NCBI GenBank assembly: GCA_963835405.1
Contig: CAWIFV010000004.1
Coordinates: 135,506-199,505 of the forward strand
Direction: 5' to 3'
Length of the DNA stretch: 64,000 bases
From: an uncultured Actinomycetota bacterium
GTDB taxonomy: Bacteria > Actinomycetota > Actinomycetes > JAFAQI01
Both the position numbers and the translations under genes were made by a program. Numbering within the stretch: the stretch's first letter is position 1; each line of letters opens with the position of its first letter. Positions 1-9,544 of this stretch are shown here, in pieces. The notes beneath the pieces are model-generated. The model was not told the DNA's origin and searched no databases. It saw only the letters and a program-made list of their open reading frames with translations.

Positions 1-1
1 C

Positions 2-82
2 GCCGGGCTGACGATCCGCGAGGCCGTCAAGCGGCTGCCGCCGGAGGGGCGCGCGGCGGTGCTGGCGGCCGCCGGTCGCTAG
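2..82 (+). CDS. 3' end of an unidentified CDS entering from the left edge
   Basis: Frame with G/C at almost every third codon position (...[26 protein letters not shown]) ending at TAG 80-82. Too short to name. Confidence 0.3.
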   Translation, partial: AGLTIREAVKRLPPEGRAAVLAAAGR

Positions 83-92
83 CCTCGGGCCG

Positions 93-744
93 GTGCTCGT
101 CGCGGCTGCCGTGCTCCCGACCCCGCCGCTGCTGGTGCCGCAGCTGGCCACCGGCCACGACCCGGAGTTGGACGACCTGCGCACCGCGTGCCGCGACGCT
201 GTGGCCACGGTGACGGCGCTGCCGCACGAGCTGCTCGTCGTCGTCGGCGCGGACGGCGGCCCGCGTGCGACGTCGTTCGCGCCGTGGGGCGCGCCGGTCG
301 ACGTCGACGTGCCCGAGGCGCTGCCGCTCGCGCTGCTCGTCGGCGCCGGGCTCACGCCGGGAGTGCTCCGGTCGTTCGTCGCCGTCGCCCCGGACCTCGA
401 GCCCGGCGAGTGCCGCGCGCTCGGCGCGGAGCTCGCGGCGGCGGCGGACCGGGTCGCGCTGCTCGTCATGGGCGACGGCTCCGCGCGGCACAGCCTCCGG
501 GCGCCCGGCTACCTCGACGAGCGCGCCGCCCCTGGGACGCCCGCGTGCACGAGGCGTTCCGCACGGTCGACATCGACGGCCCTGCGCGGCCTCGACCCGG
601 CGCTGGCGGACGAGCTGCTCGTCCCTCGGGCGCGCGCCCTGGCAGGTGCTCGCCGGTGCGGCGGGCGGGCTGCGGCCGGGGCGGGTCGAGGCCGCGTTCA
701 CCGCGCCGTACGGCGTGGGCTATCACGTCGTGACCTGGACATGA
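93..744 (+). pseudogene. class III extradiol dioxygenase subunit B-like family protein, frame broken as sequenced (at least 2 shifts)
   Basis: GTG 93. N-terminus [25 protein letters not shown]... resembles the family usually found just upstream of miaA in actinomycetes. The protein continues in two other frames (...[11 protein letters not shown]..., ...[36 protein letters not shown]). Stop 742-744 overlaps the miaA ATG (ATGA). Confidence 0.5.
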
Positions 745-1690
745 CCCGCAGCGCGCGCGTGGTCGCGATCGTCGGGCCCACCGCGACCGGGAAGTCCGGA
801 CTCGCCGTCGCGCTCGCCCACGCGCTGAGGCGGCCGGTCGCGCGCCGAGGTCGTCAACGCCGACTCGATGCAGCTCTACCGCGGCATGGACATCGGCACG
901 GCCAAGCTGTCCGCGGCCGAGCGGCGCGGCGTGCCCCACCACCTGCTCGACATCTGGCCGGTGACCGCAGGCCGCATCCGTCGCCGACTACCAGTCCCGC
1001 GCCCGCGAGGTCATCGACCGGCTGCTGGCCGCCGGTGCCGTGCCCGTCGTGGTCGGCGGCAGCGGGCTCTACGTGCGCGGCGGCGCTCGACCGGACTGGA
1101 GTTCCCCGGGCACCGACCCGGCGCTGCGCGCCGAGCTCGAGGCCGAGCTCGCCGCGCGCGGGCGCCGCCGCCCTGCACGCGCGGCTGGCGGCGATCGACC
1201 CGGCGGCGGCCGCCGCGATCCTGCCGTCCAACGGCCGGCGCATCGTCCGGGCGCTCGAGGTCGTGGCGCTCACCGGGCGGCCGTTCACCGCCGCGCTGCC
1301 GGCGTACGAGTCGGTGTACGACGTCGTGCAGGTCGGCGCTCGACCGTCCCGACGACGAGCTCGACCGCCGCGTCGACGAGCGGACGGCGCGGATGTTCTC
1401 GCGCCGGGCTGGTCGCAGGAGGTGCGCGGCGCTGGAGCGCGAGGGGCTGCGCGCGGGGCGGACGGCCAGCCGCGCGCTCGGCTACCAGCAGGTGCTCGCG
1501 CATGCTCGACGCGGGCCGCTGACGAGGAGCGAGGCGCGGCCGGGAGACGGCGCGGGCGACCCGGCGGTTCGTCCGCCGGCAGCGGTCGTGGTTCCGCCGC
1601 GACCCGCGGGTGCGCTGGCTGCGCCGCACGGCGCGGCGAGCCGCTCGCTCGGCCGCCACGCCTGGCGCGTCGGTCAACGGCTGGCCCGTC
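741..1690 (+). pseudogene. miaA: tRNA dimethylallyltransferase MiaA, multiply frameshifted as sequenced; 3' end approximate
   Basis: ATG 741. P-loop [20 protein letters not shown], then [40 protein letters not shown] and [20 protein letters not shown] each lie in different frames. No TAA/TAG/TGA triplet in any frame between 1523 and about 1860, so no stop can be assigned. Confidence 0.8.
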
Positions 1691-1766
1691 CGGGCCATTC
1701 CGATCGGACCGCGCGAACCGGACACTCGACTGCGCACAGGAAGCCCACCCTTCGCCCGGAGGCGCC

Positions 1767-2707
1767 ATGCCCAGCCTCGACCTCGACCTCGTGCCCGCGC
1801 TCGAGCCGCGCCGTCGACGACGACGCGCTGGTGCTGCACTTCCAGCCCGAGGTCGACCTCGCCAGCGGCGCGGTGGTCGGGATGGAGGCGCTGCTGCGCT
1901 GGCAGCACCCGGAGCGTGGGCTGCTCTGGCCGGCGCGACTTCCTCGCCGTCGCGGACGGCGCCGGGCTGCTGCCGCCGATCGGCTGGTGGGTGCTGGAGC
2001 GGTGCGCGGCGGAGCTCGGAGACCTGGCGGCCGCTGCCGCCGCACCGTCGGCGGCGCGCCCCGGCAGCTGTGGGTCAACGTCGCCGGGTCGCAGCTGCCG
2101 CAGCCGGGGTTCGTCGACCGGGTCGCGGCGCTGGTGGCCGGAGCCGGCCTGCCCCGCGGCGTGCTCGGGCTCGAGGTGACGGAGGAGGCGCTCGCGATCG
2201 GCAGCCGAGCCGCGCCGGCGAGCTCTCGAGCGCGCTGCGCGACGCCGGCGTCGCGCTCGCCGTCGACGACTTCGGCACCTGGTACTCCTCCCTCGGGCAC
2301 GCTGGGCGAGCTGCCGATCGACGCGGTCAAGCTCGACCAGACTCGTTCGTCCGCGGGCGTCGGCTCCGACCTCGAGGGCGACAGCATCGTCGTCGTCGGT
2401 CATCCGAGCTCGCGCACGCGCACGGCGTGCGGGTCGTCGCCGAGGGCGTCGAGTCGTGGTCCGAGGGCGCCCGGCTGTGCGAGCTGGGCTGCGACCGCGC
2501 GCTCGGCTACCTGTTCAGCGGGCCGCAGCGGGCCGACGCAGCGCCCGGCTCGATGCTCGCGCACGGCACCGGCTGGCAGGATGCCGCGCGGGACGGTGCC
2601 GGAGCCCGCGCACCTGCACGTCGACCGACGCAGCCGCCGGACGGCAGCCGCTCGAGCGGTGGCCGCCCGCGCGACGCCTACCCTTGGTCCGTCGTGCGCG
2701 TTCGTGA
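1767..2707 (+). pseudogene. EAL-domain (c-di-GMP phosphodiesterase-type) protein, multiply frameshifted as sequenced
   Basis: ATG 1767 preceded by GGAGG. Motifs [71 protein letters not shown] and GYLFSGP are spread over three frames. TGA 2705-2707 overlaps the dapF GTG. Confidence 0.7.
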
Positions 2708-3584
2708 AGGGGCACGGCACGGAGAACGACTTCGTCGTGCTGCCCGACCCGGCGAGGCGCGACTGGTGTTGACGCCCGGGCTCGTGCGGGCGCTGTGCGA
2801 CCGCGGGCGCGGTGTCGGCGCCGACGGCGTGCTCCGCGTCGTCGGGATGCGCGCCGACGGCGACCGGAGGCCGACTGGTTCATGGACTACCGCAACGCCG
2901 ACGGGTCGGTCGCCGAGATGTGCGGCAACGGCATCCGGGTGTTCGCCCGCTATCTCGTCACCGCGGGCCTTGGCGCCGGCCGGCACCGTCGCGGTCGCGA
3001 CCCGCGCCGGCGTGCGGACCGTGCGACGTCCCGGCCGACGGCGACGTCACCGTCGACATGGGCGCCCGCCGATCGCCCTCCGGACGCGACGGTCGGCATC
3101 GGCGGCGCGCGGTACGACGCGGCGCGCGCGTGGTCGATGGGCAACCCGCACGTCGTCGTCCGTCGACGACGTCGGACCATGCCGCTCGACCTCACGGCGG
3201 CGCCGGAGGCGTCGAGCCGGCCGACCTTCCCGGACGGCGTCAACGTCGAGGTCGTCGACGGTCGAGGATGCCCGGCACGTGCGGCATGCGGGTGCACGAG
3301 CGCGGCGTGGGGGAGACCCGCTCGTGCGGCACCGGTGTCTGCGCCGCCGCGCGTTCGCGGCGATGGCGGCGAGCGGGCGAGCGGACGGGGACTGACCGTC
3401 GACGTCCCCGGCGGCCGGCTGACGGTGAGTGCGGAGCCGGACGGCGGGTGGCCTGCTCACCGGACCGGCCGTGCTCGTCGCGCGCGGCGAGGTCGACCGG
3501 AGTGGCCGCGCGGTCGAGGTGGCGGCAGACGGCGCGCAGATCGCCGCGGCCGCGGGTGCCGGCGGCACGGTGGCGGCGCGTTGA
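2704..3584 (+). pseudogene. dapF: diaminopimelate epimerase DapF, frameshifted as sequenced
   Basis: GTG 2704 (GTGA overlap). [84 protein letters not shown] and [14 protein letters not shown] appear in alternating frames. TGA 3582-3584. Confidence 0.8.
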
Positions 3585-4248
3585 TGCTCGCGGCCGAGAC
3601 GAGGTGAGCCGGCGGCCGAGCAGCAGGATGAGGATCCCGTCTAGGGCGTGCAGCGCCGGCGGTCGCACGGGGTGATCCTCGGCCCGTCGCGCGGCGAGCG
3701 TGTTCTGGGCGACCTCGATGAGCAGGCCGCAGCGCCGGCCGCGCCCCAGATGGCGGCTTCGACGTCCGCGCGATGATGCGCAGCGATCAGCACGATCAGC
3801 TGCGACGATCCCGCGCAGGGTCGTGCTCTGCGAGCGTGGCGTGCGCGTCGAGGCTGGACGCCGCCGTGCGAGCGTCTCGGTGCGTGCTCGAGGTCCGAAC
3901 GACGCCGCGCACCCGGCGAGGAAGCACCTGCGCGAGCACCGCGGGCGGCGAGCAGCGCTGCCGACGTGGGCGGGCAGGCCGGGATCGCGCGCCTCGGCGG
4001 CGCGAGCCTCGGACAGGAGCCGCCGGGCCGCCCTCGCCGGCTGAGGCAACGGACCGGCTCGCCGGCGGACCTATGCGACGCTCGACGAGGCCGAGCGGGC
4101 AAGCTCGTCGGCCTGCTGGCGACGCTGCCGACGGGATGACCGCCGGCCGCGGCCCGGAAACCCGGGTGCCCGGGCGATCGACGTCTGACACGATCGGGAT
4201 GACCCGGGCCGGCCGGGCGTTGAGGACAGTGATGACCCGACCGCTGAC

Positions 4249-5709
4249 ATGCCGTTCCCCGCCCCGACGACCGCGCTGCCGCGACCGAGCTGGGGACCTT
4301 CGACGGGGGAGCACTCCGACGAGCGGGTCGAGCTCGAGCTGGAGGAGCGCCGCGGCGCTGCGCCGCGTGCCCGGCATCACGACCGAGCTCGAGGACGTCA
4401 CCGAGGTCGAGTACCGCCAGCTGCGCCTGGAGCGGGTGGTCCTCGATCGGGGTGTGGACCAGCGGCACGCTCGACGACGGCCGAGAACTCGCTCCAGGAG
4501 CTCAAGGCCCTCGCCGAGACCGCCGGCTCCCAGGTGCTCGAGGGGCTCGTCCAGCGCCGCGACCGGCCCGACCCGGCGACCTACGTCGGCTCGGGCAAGG
4601 CGCGGGAGCTGCGCGACGTCGTCGTCGCGACCGGGGCCGACACGGTCATCTGCGACGGCGAGCTGACGCCGGGCCAGCTGCGCCAGCTCGAGGACGTCGT
4701 CAAGGTCAAGGTGATCGACCGGACCGCGCTGATCCTCGACATCTTCGCCCAGCACGCCCGCAGCCGGGAGGGCAAGGCGCAGGTCGGCCCTGGCGCAGAT
4801 GCAGTACATGCTGCCGCGGCTGCGCGGCTGGGGCGAGTCGCTGTCCCGGCAGGCCGGTGGCCGGGTCGCCGGCGGCGGCGGCATCGGCACCCGCGGCCCC
4901 GGTGAGACCAAGATCGAGACGGACCGGCGCCGGATCCGCACCGAAGATGGCGAAGCTGCGCCGGGAGATCGCCGGCATGGGCACCGCCCGCGAGATCAAG
5001 CGCCAGGAGCGCCGTCGCCACCAGGTGCCGAGCGTCGCCATCGCCGGCTACACCAACGCGGGCAAGTCGTCGCTGCTCAACCGGCTCACCGGCGCCGGCG
5101 TCCTCGTCGAGAACGCGCTGTTCGCGACCCTCGACCCGACCGTACGACGCAGCGAGACACGCCGGACGGCCGGCCGTCTACACGCTCGCCGACACCGTCG
5201 GGTTCGTCCGGCACCTGCCGCACCAGCTGGTCGAGGCGTTCCGCTCGACCCTCGAGGAGGTCGCTCAGGCCGACCTCGTCCTCCACGTCGTCGACGGCTC
5301 CCACCCGGACCCGGCCGGGCAGCTGGCCGCGGTGCGCCAGGTGATCGCCGAGGTCGGTGCCGTCGACGTCCCGGAGATCGTGGTCGTCAACAAGGCTCGA
5401 CGCGGCCGACCCGCCGTCCTGGACCGGCTGCTGGCGACCGAGCCGTCGGCGCGTCGCCGTGTCCGCCCGCACCGGTGCCGGGCTGGACGACGCTGCGCGC
5501 GGCGATCGTCGTCGCGCTGCCGCGGCCGGACGTGGGGGTCCAGCTCGCTCGTGCCCTACGACCGTGGCGACGTCGTCTCCCGGGTGCACGAGCACGGCCT
5601 CGTCGACGCGGTCGAGCACACCGACGACGGCACCCGGCTCGACGCGCGCGTCCCGGGGTGGATGGTGGGCGAGATGGCCCGGTTTGCGGTGGCTGAACCC
5701 GCCACCTGA
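4249..5709 (+). pseudogene. hflX: GTPase HflX, multiply frameshifted as sequenced; start approximate
   Basis: [102 protein letters not shown]1 box [44 protein letters not shown] and VVNK lie in all three frames (six or more shifts). Stop 5707-5709. Confidence 0.8.
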
Positions 5710-5798
5710 GCGGGTCCGGATGGCCCGCGTTAGCCATTCCCACTTTTCTCTCGCACTGGTCGAATTGACACATTCGGTGCAGACCCCTGGGTGGAGGC

Positions 5799-7474
5799 GT
5801 GGAGATCTCGGTGACAGATCCGCAGCCGGATGGCCGGTCGCGGCTGCGGCTGCGCACGTTGTCGATCGGGGTCCTCGTCGTCCTCATCGCGGTCGCGGTC
5901 GCGGGGGCGCTGGTCGTGCGCCAGGTGGTGTCCGACCAGGAGCACCGGCTGCTCAAGCAGCGCACCGAGGAGGCGGCGCTCTACCTGTCGAGCGCCCTCG
6001 GCTCCGTGCAGGCGACCCTCGGGTCACTCGCGGCGACGGCCGCCGGTAGCGGCGGGAGCCAGGCGTTCACCGCCGCTGCCACCCTGGCCACCAAGACCCC
6101 GAACGGCTTCGCGGCCATCGTCCTCGTCCGCGCCACCGGCACCCCGCGGGTCCTCGCCGCCGGGGGGCGTGCCCTCGACCCGCTACCCGCGCCGGCGGCG
6201 CAGGCCGTGCAGGACGCCGTGGCGGCCACCCGGGCGAAGGGGCTCGCGCAGGTCGCCGCGACTCCCGTGTACCGCAGCGGGGGCGATCAGGCGCACTTCG
6301 GGTTCGCCTACGCCGGCCCGGCGCTGCCCACCGAGGCGGTCTACGCGGAGTTCGACGCCCAGCCCCAGGCCACCAGCCCGGCGACCTCGGGCGCGCCGTT
6401 CAGCGAGCTCGTGGCCGCCATCTACGCCGGCCGCACCGTGACGCCGGACCAGCTCATCCTGGCCTCGGCGCCGGCCGCGGACCTTCCGCTCCGCGGCGAC
6501 ACGGCCCGCGCGCCGGCAGAGGTGGGGCAGGGCAGCTGGCTGCTCGTGGCGAAGGCTCGCCACCCGCTCGTCGGGTCGGTCGCCGGAGCGATGCCCTGGG
6601 CGATCCTCGCCGGCGGCATCCTCACCGCGCTGCTCGCCACCGGGGTGGTCGAGGCCCTGGGCCGACGTCGCGAGTACGCACTGGGCCTCGTCGCCGTCCG
6701 GACCGAGGAGCTCCACCAGTCGTTGCGGGACCTGGCCGCCACGCAGGAGCAGCTGGTCCGGCAGGAGCGGCTGGCCGCGATCGGCGAGCTCGCCTCCACC
6801 ATCGGGCACGAGCTGCGGAACCCGCTCGGTGTCATCAGCAACGCGATCTACCTGCTCCGGGGAGACCTCGGGCCGGACCCGACACCGGCCGCCAGCCGGC
6901 ACCTCTCGACGGCCGAGCGTGAGGTCTCCGCCGCCACCGTCATCGTCGCCGACCTGCTCGGTTTCGCCCGGGAGCGGGTCCCGGTGCCGGACAACGTCGA
7001 GATCGTCGCTCTCATCGACGAGGTGCTCGCCGTCCTGCCGCCTCCCAGCGGGGTCAGCGTCGAGCGGGTCGGGGCATCGTCGCGCCACGGTCGCCGCCGA
7101 CCGCGACATGCTGCGTCAGGTCCTGCTCAACTTCGTGAGCAACGGCTACCAGGCGATGGCGGACGACGGCGGAGGCGTGCTGACCGTGGGCGTCGAGACC
7201 GCCGACGGGACCGTGTCGCTGTTCGTCCGGGACACCGGGTCAGGGGATCAGCCCGGAGGCGCACGAGCGACTGTTCGAACCGTTCTTCACCACCAAGTCG
7301 CGAGGGGTCGGGCTCGGCCTCGCCGTCTCGCAGCGTGTCGCGGCCGCGCACGGCGGCGAGATCGTGGTCGACAGCGAGCCGGGGCGGGGAGCCGAGTTCC
7401 GCCTGGTGCTGCCCCACCTCACCGCGCCGCGTGCCGCCGGCGACCAGAGCACGCTGTCGGAGTCGAACCGATGA
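5799..7474 (+). pseudogene. membrane sensor histidine kinase, two frame shifts in the ATPase domain as sequenced
   Basis: GTG 5799. Two TM segments flank a roughly 250-aa extracytoplasmic region. H-box ELASTIGHELRNPL, N-box LLNFVSNGYQAM, G-boxes VRDTGSG and GVGLGLAVS. The frame changes near 7075 and at G-run 7241-7245. TGA 7472-7474 overlaps the next ATG. Confidence 0.8.
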
Positions 7475-7824
7475 CGACGATCCTCGTCGTCGACGACGAG
7501 CCGGGCATGCTCGAGACGCTCACCGACATCCTCGACGGTGCCGGCTACTCCGTCACCGCGGTCGGCGACGGCGACGCCGCGCTGGCCGAGATCCGCACCG
7601 GTCGCTACGACGTTGTCCTCATGGACGTCCGGATGCCCGGCCGTGACGGCGTCTCGGTGCTGGTCGAGTCCGGTGCGCCGCCGCCCCCGGTGATCCTCAT
7701 GACCGCCTACACGCTCGAGGAGCGGTTGTTGGAGGCGCGGCAGGCGAAGGTGTACTCGGTGGTGCAGAAGCCGTTCGCCACGTCGTACCTGCTCGGTCTG
7801 CTCGCCGAGGCGGTCGCCGCGTGA
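7471..7824 (+). CDS. single-domain response regulator (CheY-like receiver only)
   Basis: ATG 7471 in ATGA overlap. ILVVDDEPGM...DVVLMDVRMPGRDG...VVQKPF. 117 aa with no output domain. Confidence 0.9.
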   Translation: MTTILVVDDEPGMLETLTDILDGAGYSVTAVGDGDAALAEIRTGRYDVVLMDVRMPGRDGVSVLVESGAPPPPVILMTAYTLEERLLEARQAKVYSVVQKPFATSYLLGLLAEAVAA

Positions 7825-9494
7825 GCGGGCCCAGCATGACGGCCGAGGGCGTCACGGGGACGGAGCCCAACCGGTGGCGGGTGCTCGTCGTCGATGACGA
7901 CGCAGGCATGCGCGAGACCGTCGCCGACATCCTCGGGTCGCAGTCCATCAGCACCTGCACGGCGGCGAACGCGGCGGCTGCGCTGGACGCTGTGCGCCAG
8001 GACTCGGTCGCGGTGGCGATCGTCGACCAGCGGCTTCCTGACGCGGCCGGCATCGACCTGGCCGAGCAGCTGAAGGAGATCGACCCCGACCTGCCGGTGC
8101 TGCTGATGACCGGCTACGCCTCGGCCGAGATCGCCATGGCGGCCGTGGGTCGGGTGGAGGACTTCCTCGTCAAGCCCGCCCGGCCCGAGCACGTGCTCGC
8201 CGCGGTGCACAATGCTCTGGACCGGCGCTGGCTGCGCATGCGCAACGCCGAGCTGGTGCGCCAGCTGCAGCAGGCCAATGTCGTGCTCTCCGACAACGTC
8301 CGGCGGCGGCAGAACGAGCTGTCCACGCTGATCGCCATGACGACGGCCACGTCGTCGTCGTCGCGGCTCGCCCTGGTGCTGGACGCGGCCGTCGACGTGC
8401 TCGCCCGAATGCCCGGTACGACGGTCGCCGCCGTCTACCTGCTCGGTGACGACCAGATGCTGTCCCTCAGCGCGGTCCGCGCCTCCGACTGGCGGCCGCC
8501 GCAGCTGTTGTCACCCTTCGTCGACCGGGTCACCCGCGCCACGATCGACGATCACGACTGCGTGCTGGCCAGCTTCTCGGCCGACGGCGTACCGACCGGT
8601 GCGCTGCTGCTCGAACGCGGCGAGCAGGAGGCCGACGCCTTCCTCGTCGCACTCGCCGCGCAGGTCGCGGTGGGTGTCGACAACGCCCGCCGCTCCGAGC
8701 GCGAGCGCGCGACCGTGGAGCGGATGGCCGAGCTCAACCGGATGAAGTCGAGCTTCCTCGCCAACGTCTCGCACGAGCTGCGGACGCCCCTCACGGCGGT
8801 CATCGGCTTCGCCCGCACGCTGCAGGGCCGGGGCACCCATCTTGCCGAGGACGAGCGAGCGCGGCTGCTCGACCGCATCGAGACGCAGGCACGCCGGCTG
8901 CACCGGCTGGTCGAGGACCTTCTCGACGAGGCGCATCTCGACCGGGGCACCCTGCGGGTGTCGAACGCGCCGGTCCGCGTCGCCGACGTCGTCGACCGGG
9001 TGGTGTCGTCGCTGCCCGACCCGGTCCACCAGGTGACCGTGACGTTGTCGGGTCAGCCGCCGCTCGTCATCGCCGACGCCGACCGGCTCGAGCAGGTGCT
9101 GGCCAACCTCGTGGACAACGCCCGCAAGTACTCCCCGGTGGGGTCGGAGATCACGATCGGCGGAGCCGTCACCGACCGTGGGTTCGAGCTGTGGGTCGCC
9201 GACCAGGGGCGGGGGATCGACCCGGCGTTCCTGCCGCACCTGTTCGAGCCGTTCACGCAGGCGGACATCGGCGACACCCGCCGCGACCACGGCGTGGGCC
9301 TCGGCCTGTCCATCTGCAAGGGGCTCATGGAGGCCATGGGCGGGGTCATCGAGGTGGCGAGCGACCCGTCGTGGGGGAGTCGCTTCACGCTCGTCCTGCC
9401 GCGCGTCGTGCCAGGCCCGAAGGAGGCCGCTCCACGGGCCGAGCGGGCCGGCATGGACAGCTCTCACCCGTTGCCGTTGGGCCGAAAGGGTTAG
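7821..9494 (+). CDS. hybrid receiver - GAF-like - histidine kinase
   Basis: GTG 7821 in GTGA overlap with the upstream stop. N-terminal receiver (VLVVDDDAGM...IVDQRLPD...LVKP), central GAF-like region, H-box SFLANVSHELRTPLT, N-box LANLVDNARKYSP, DQGRGI, GVGLGLSICK. Intact 557-aa ORF. Confidence 0.88.
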   Translation: MSGPSMTAEGVTGTEPNRWRVLVVDDDAGMRETVADILGSQSISTCTAANAAAALDAVRQDSVAVAIVDQRLPDAAGIDLAEQLKEIDPDLPVLLMTGYASAEIAMAAVGRVEDFLVKPARPEHVLAAVHNALDRRWLRMRNAELVRQLQQANVVLSDNVRRRQNELSTLIAMTTATSSSSRLALVLDAAVDVLARMPGTTVAAVYLLGDDQMLSLSAVRASDWRPPQLLSPFVDRVTRATIDDHDCVLASFSADGVPTGALLLERGEQEADAFLVALAAQVAVGVDNARRSERERATVERMAELNRMKSSFLANVSHELRTPLTAVIGFARTLQGRGTHLAEDERARLLDRIETQARRLHRLVEDLLDEAHLDRGTLRVSNAPVRVADVVDRVVSSLPDPVHQVTVTLSGQPPLVIADADRLEQVLANLVDNARKYSPVGSEITIGGAVTDRGFELWVADQGRGIDPAFLPHLFEPFTQADIGDTRRDHGVGLGLSICKGLMEAMGGVIEVASDPSWGSRFTLVLPRVVPGPKEAAPRAERAGMDSSHPLPLGRKG

Positions 9495-9544
9495 CCCGTC
9501 CGGCGATCCCCGAGTCGGGCAAACCCCCAGCAACGACTACGCAG

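Noticed and set aside
9191-9544. Upstream extension of the PAS-GGDEF-EAL ORF to 9191
   Set aside because: This part overlaps the 3' end of the hybrid kinase gene in another frame and translates to Arg/Pro/Gly-rich text. The hydrophobic N-terminus begins after GTG 9545/9575.
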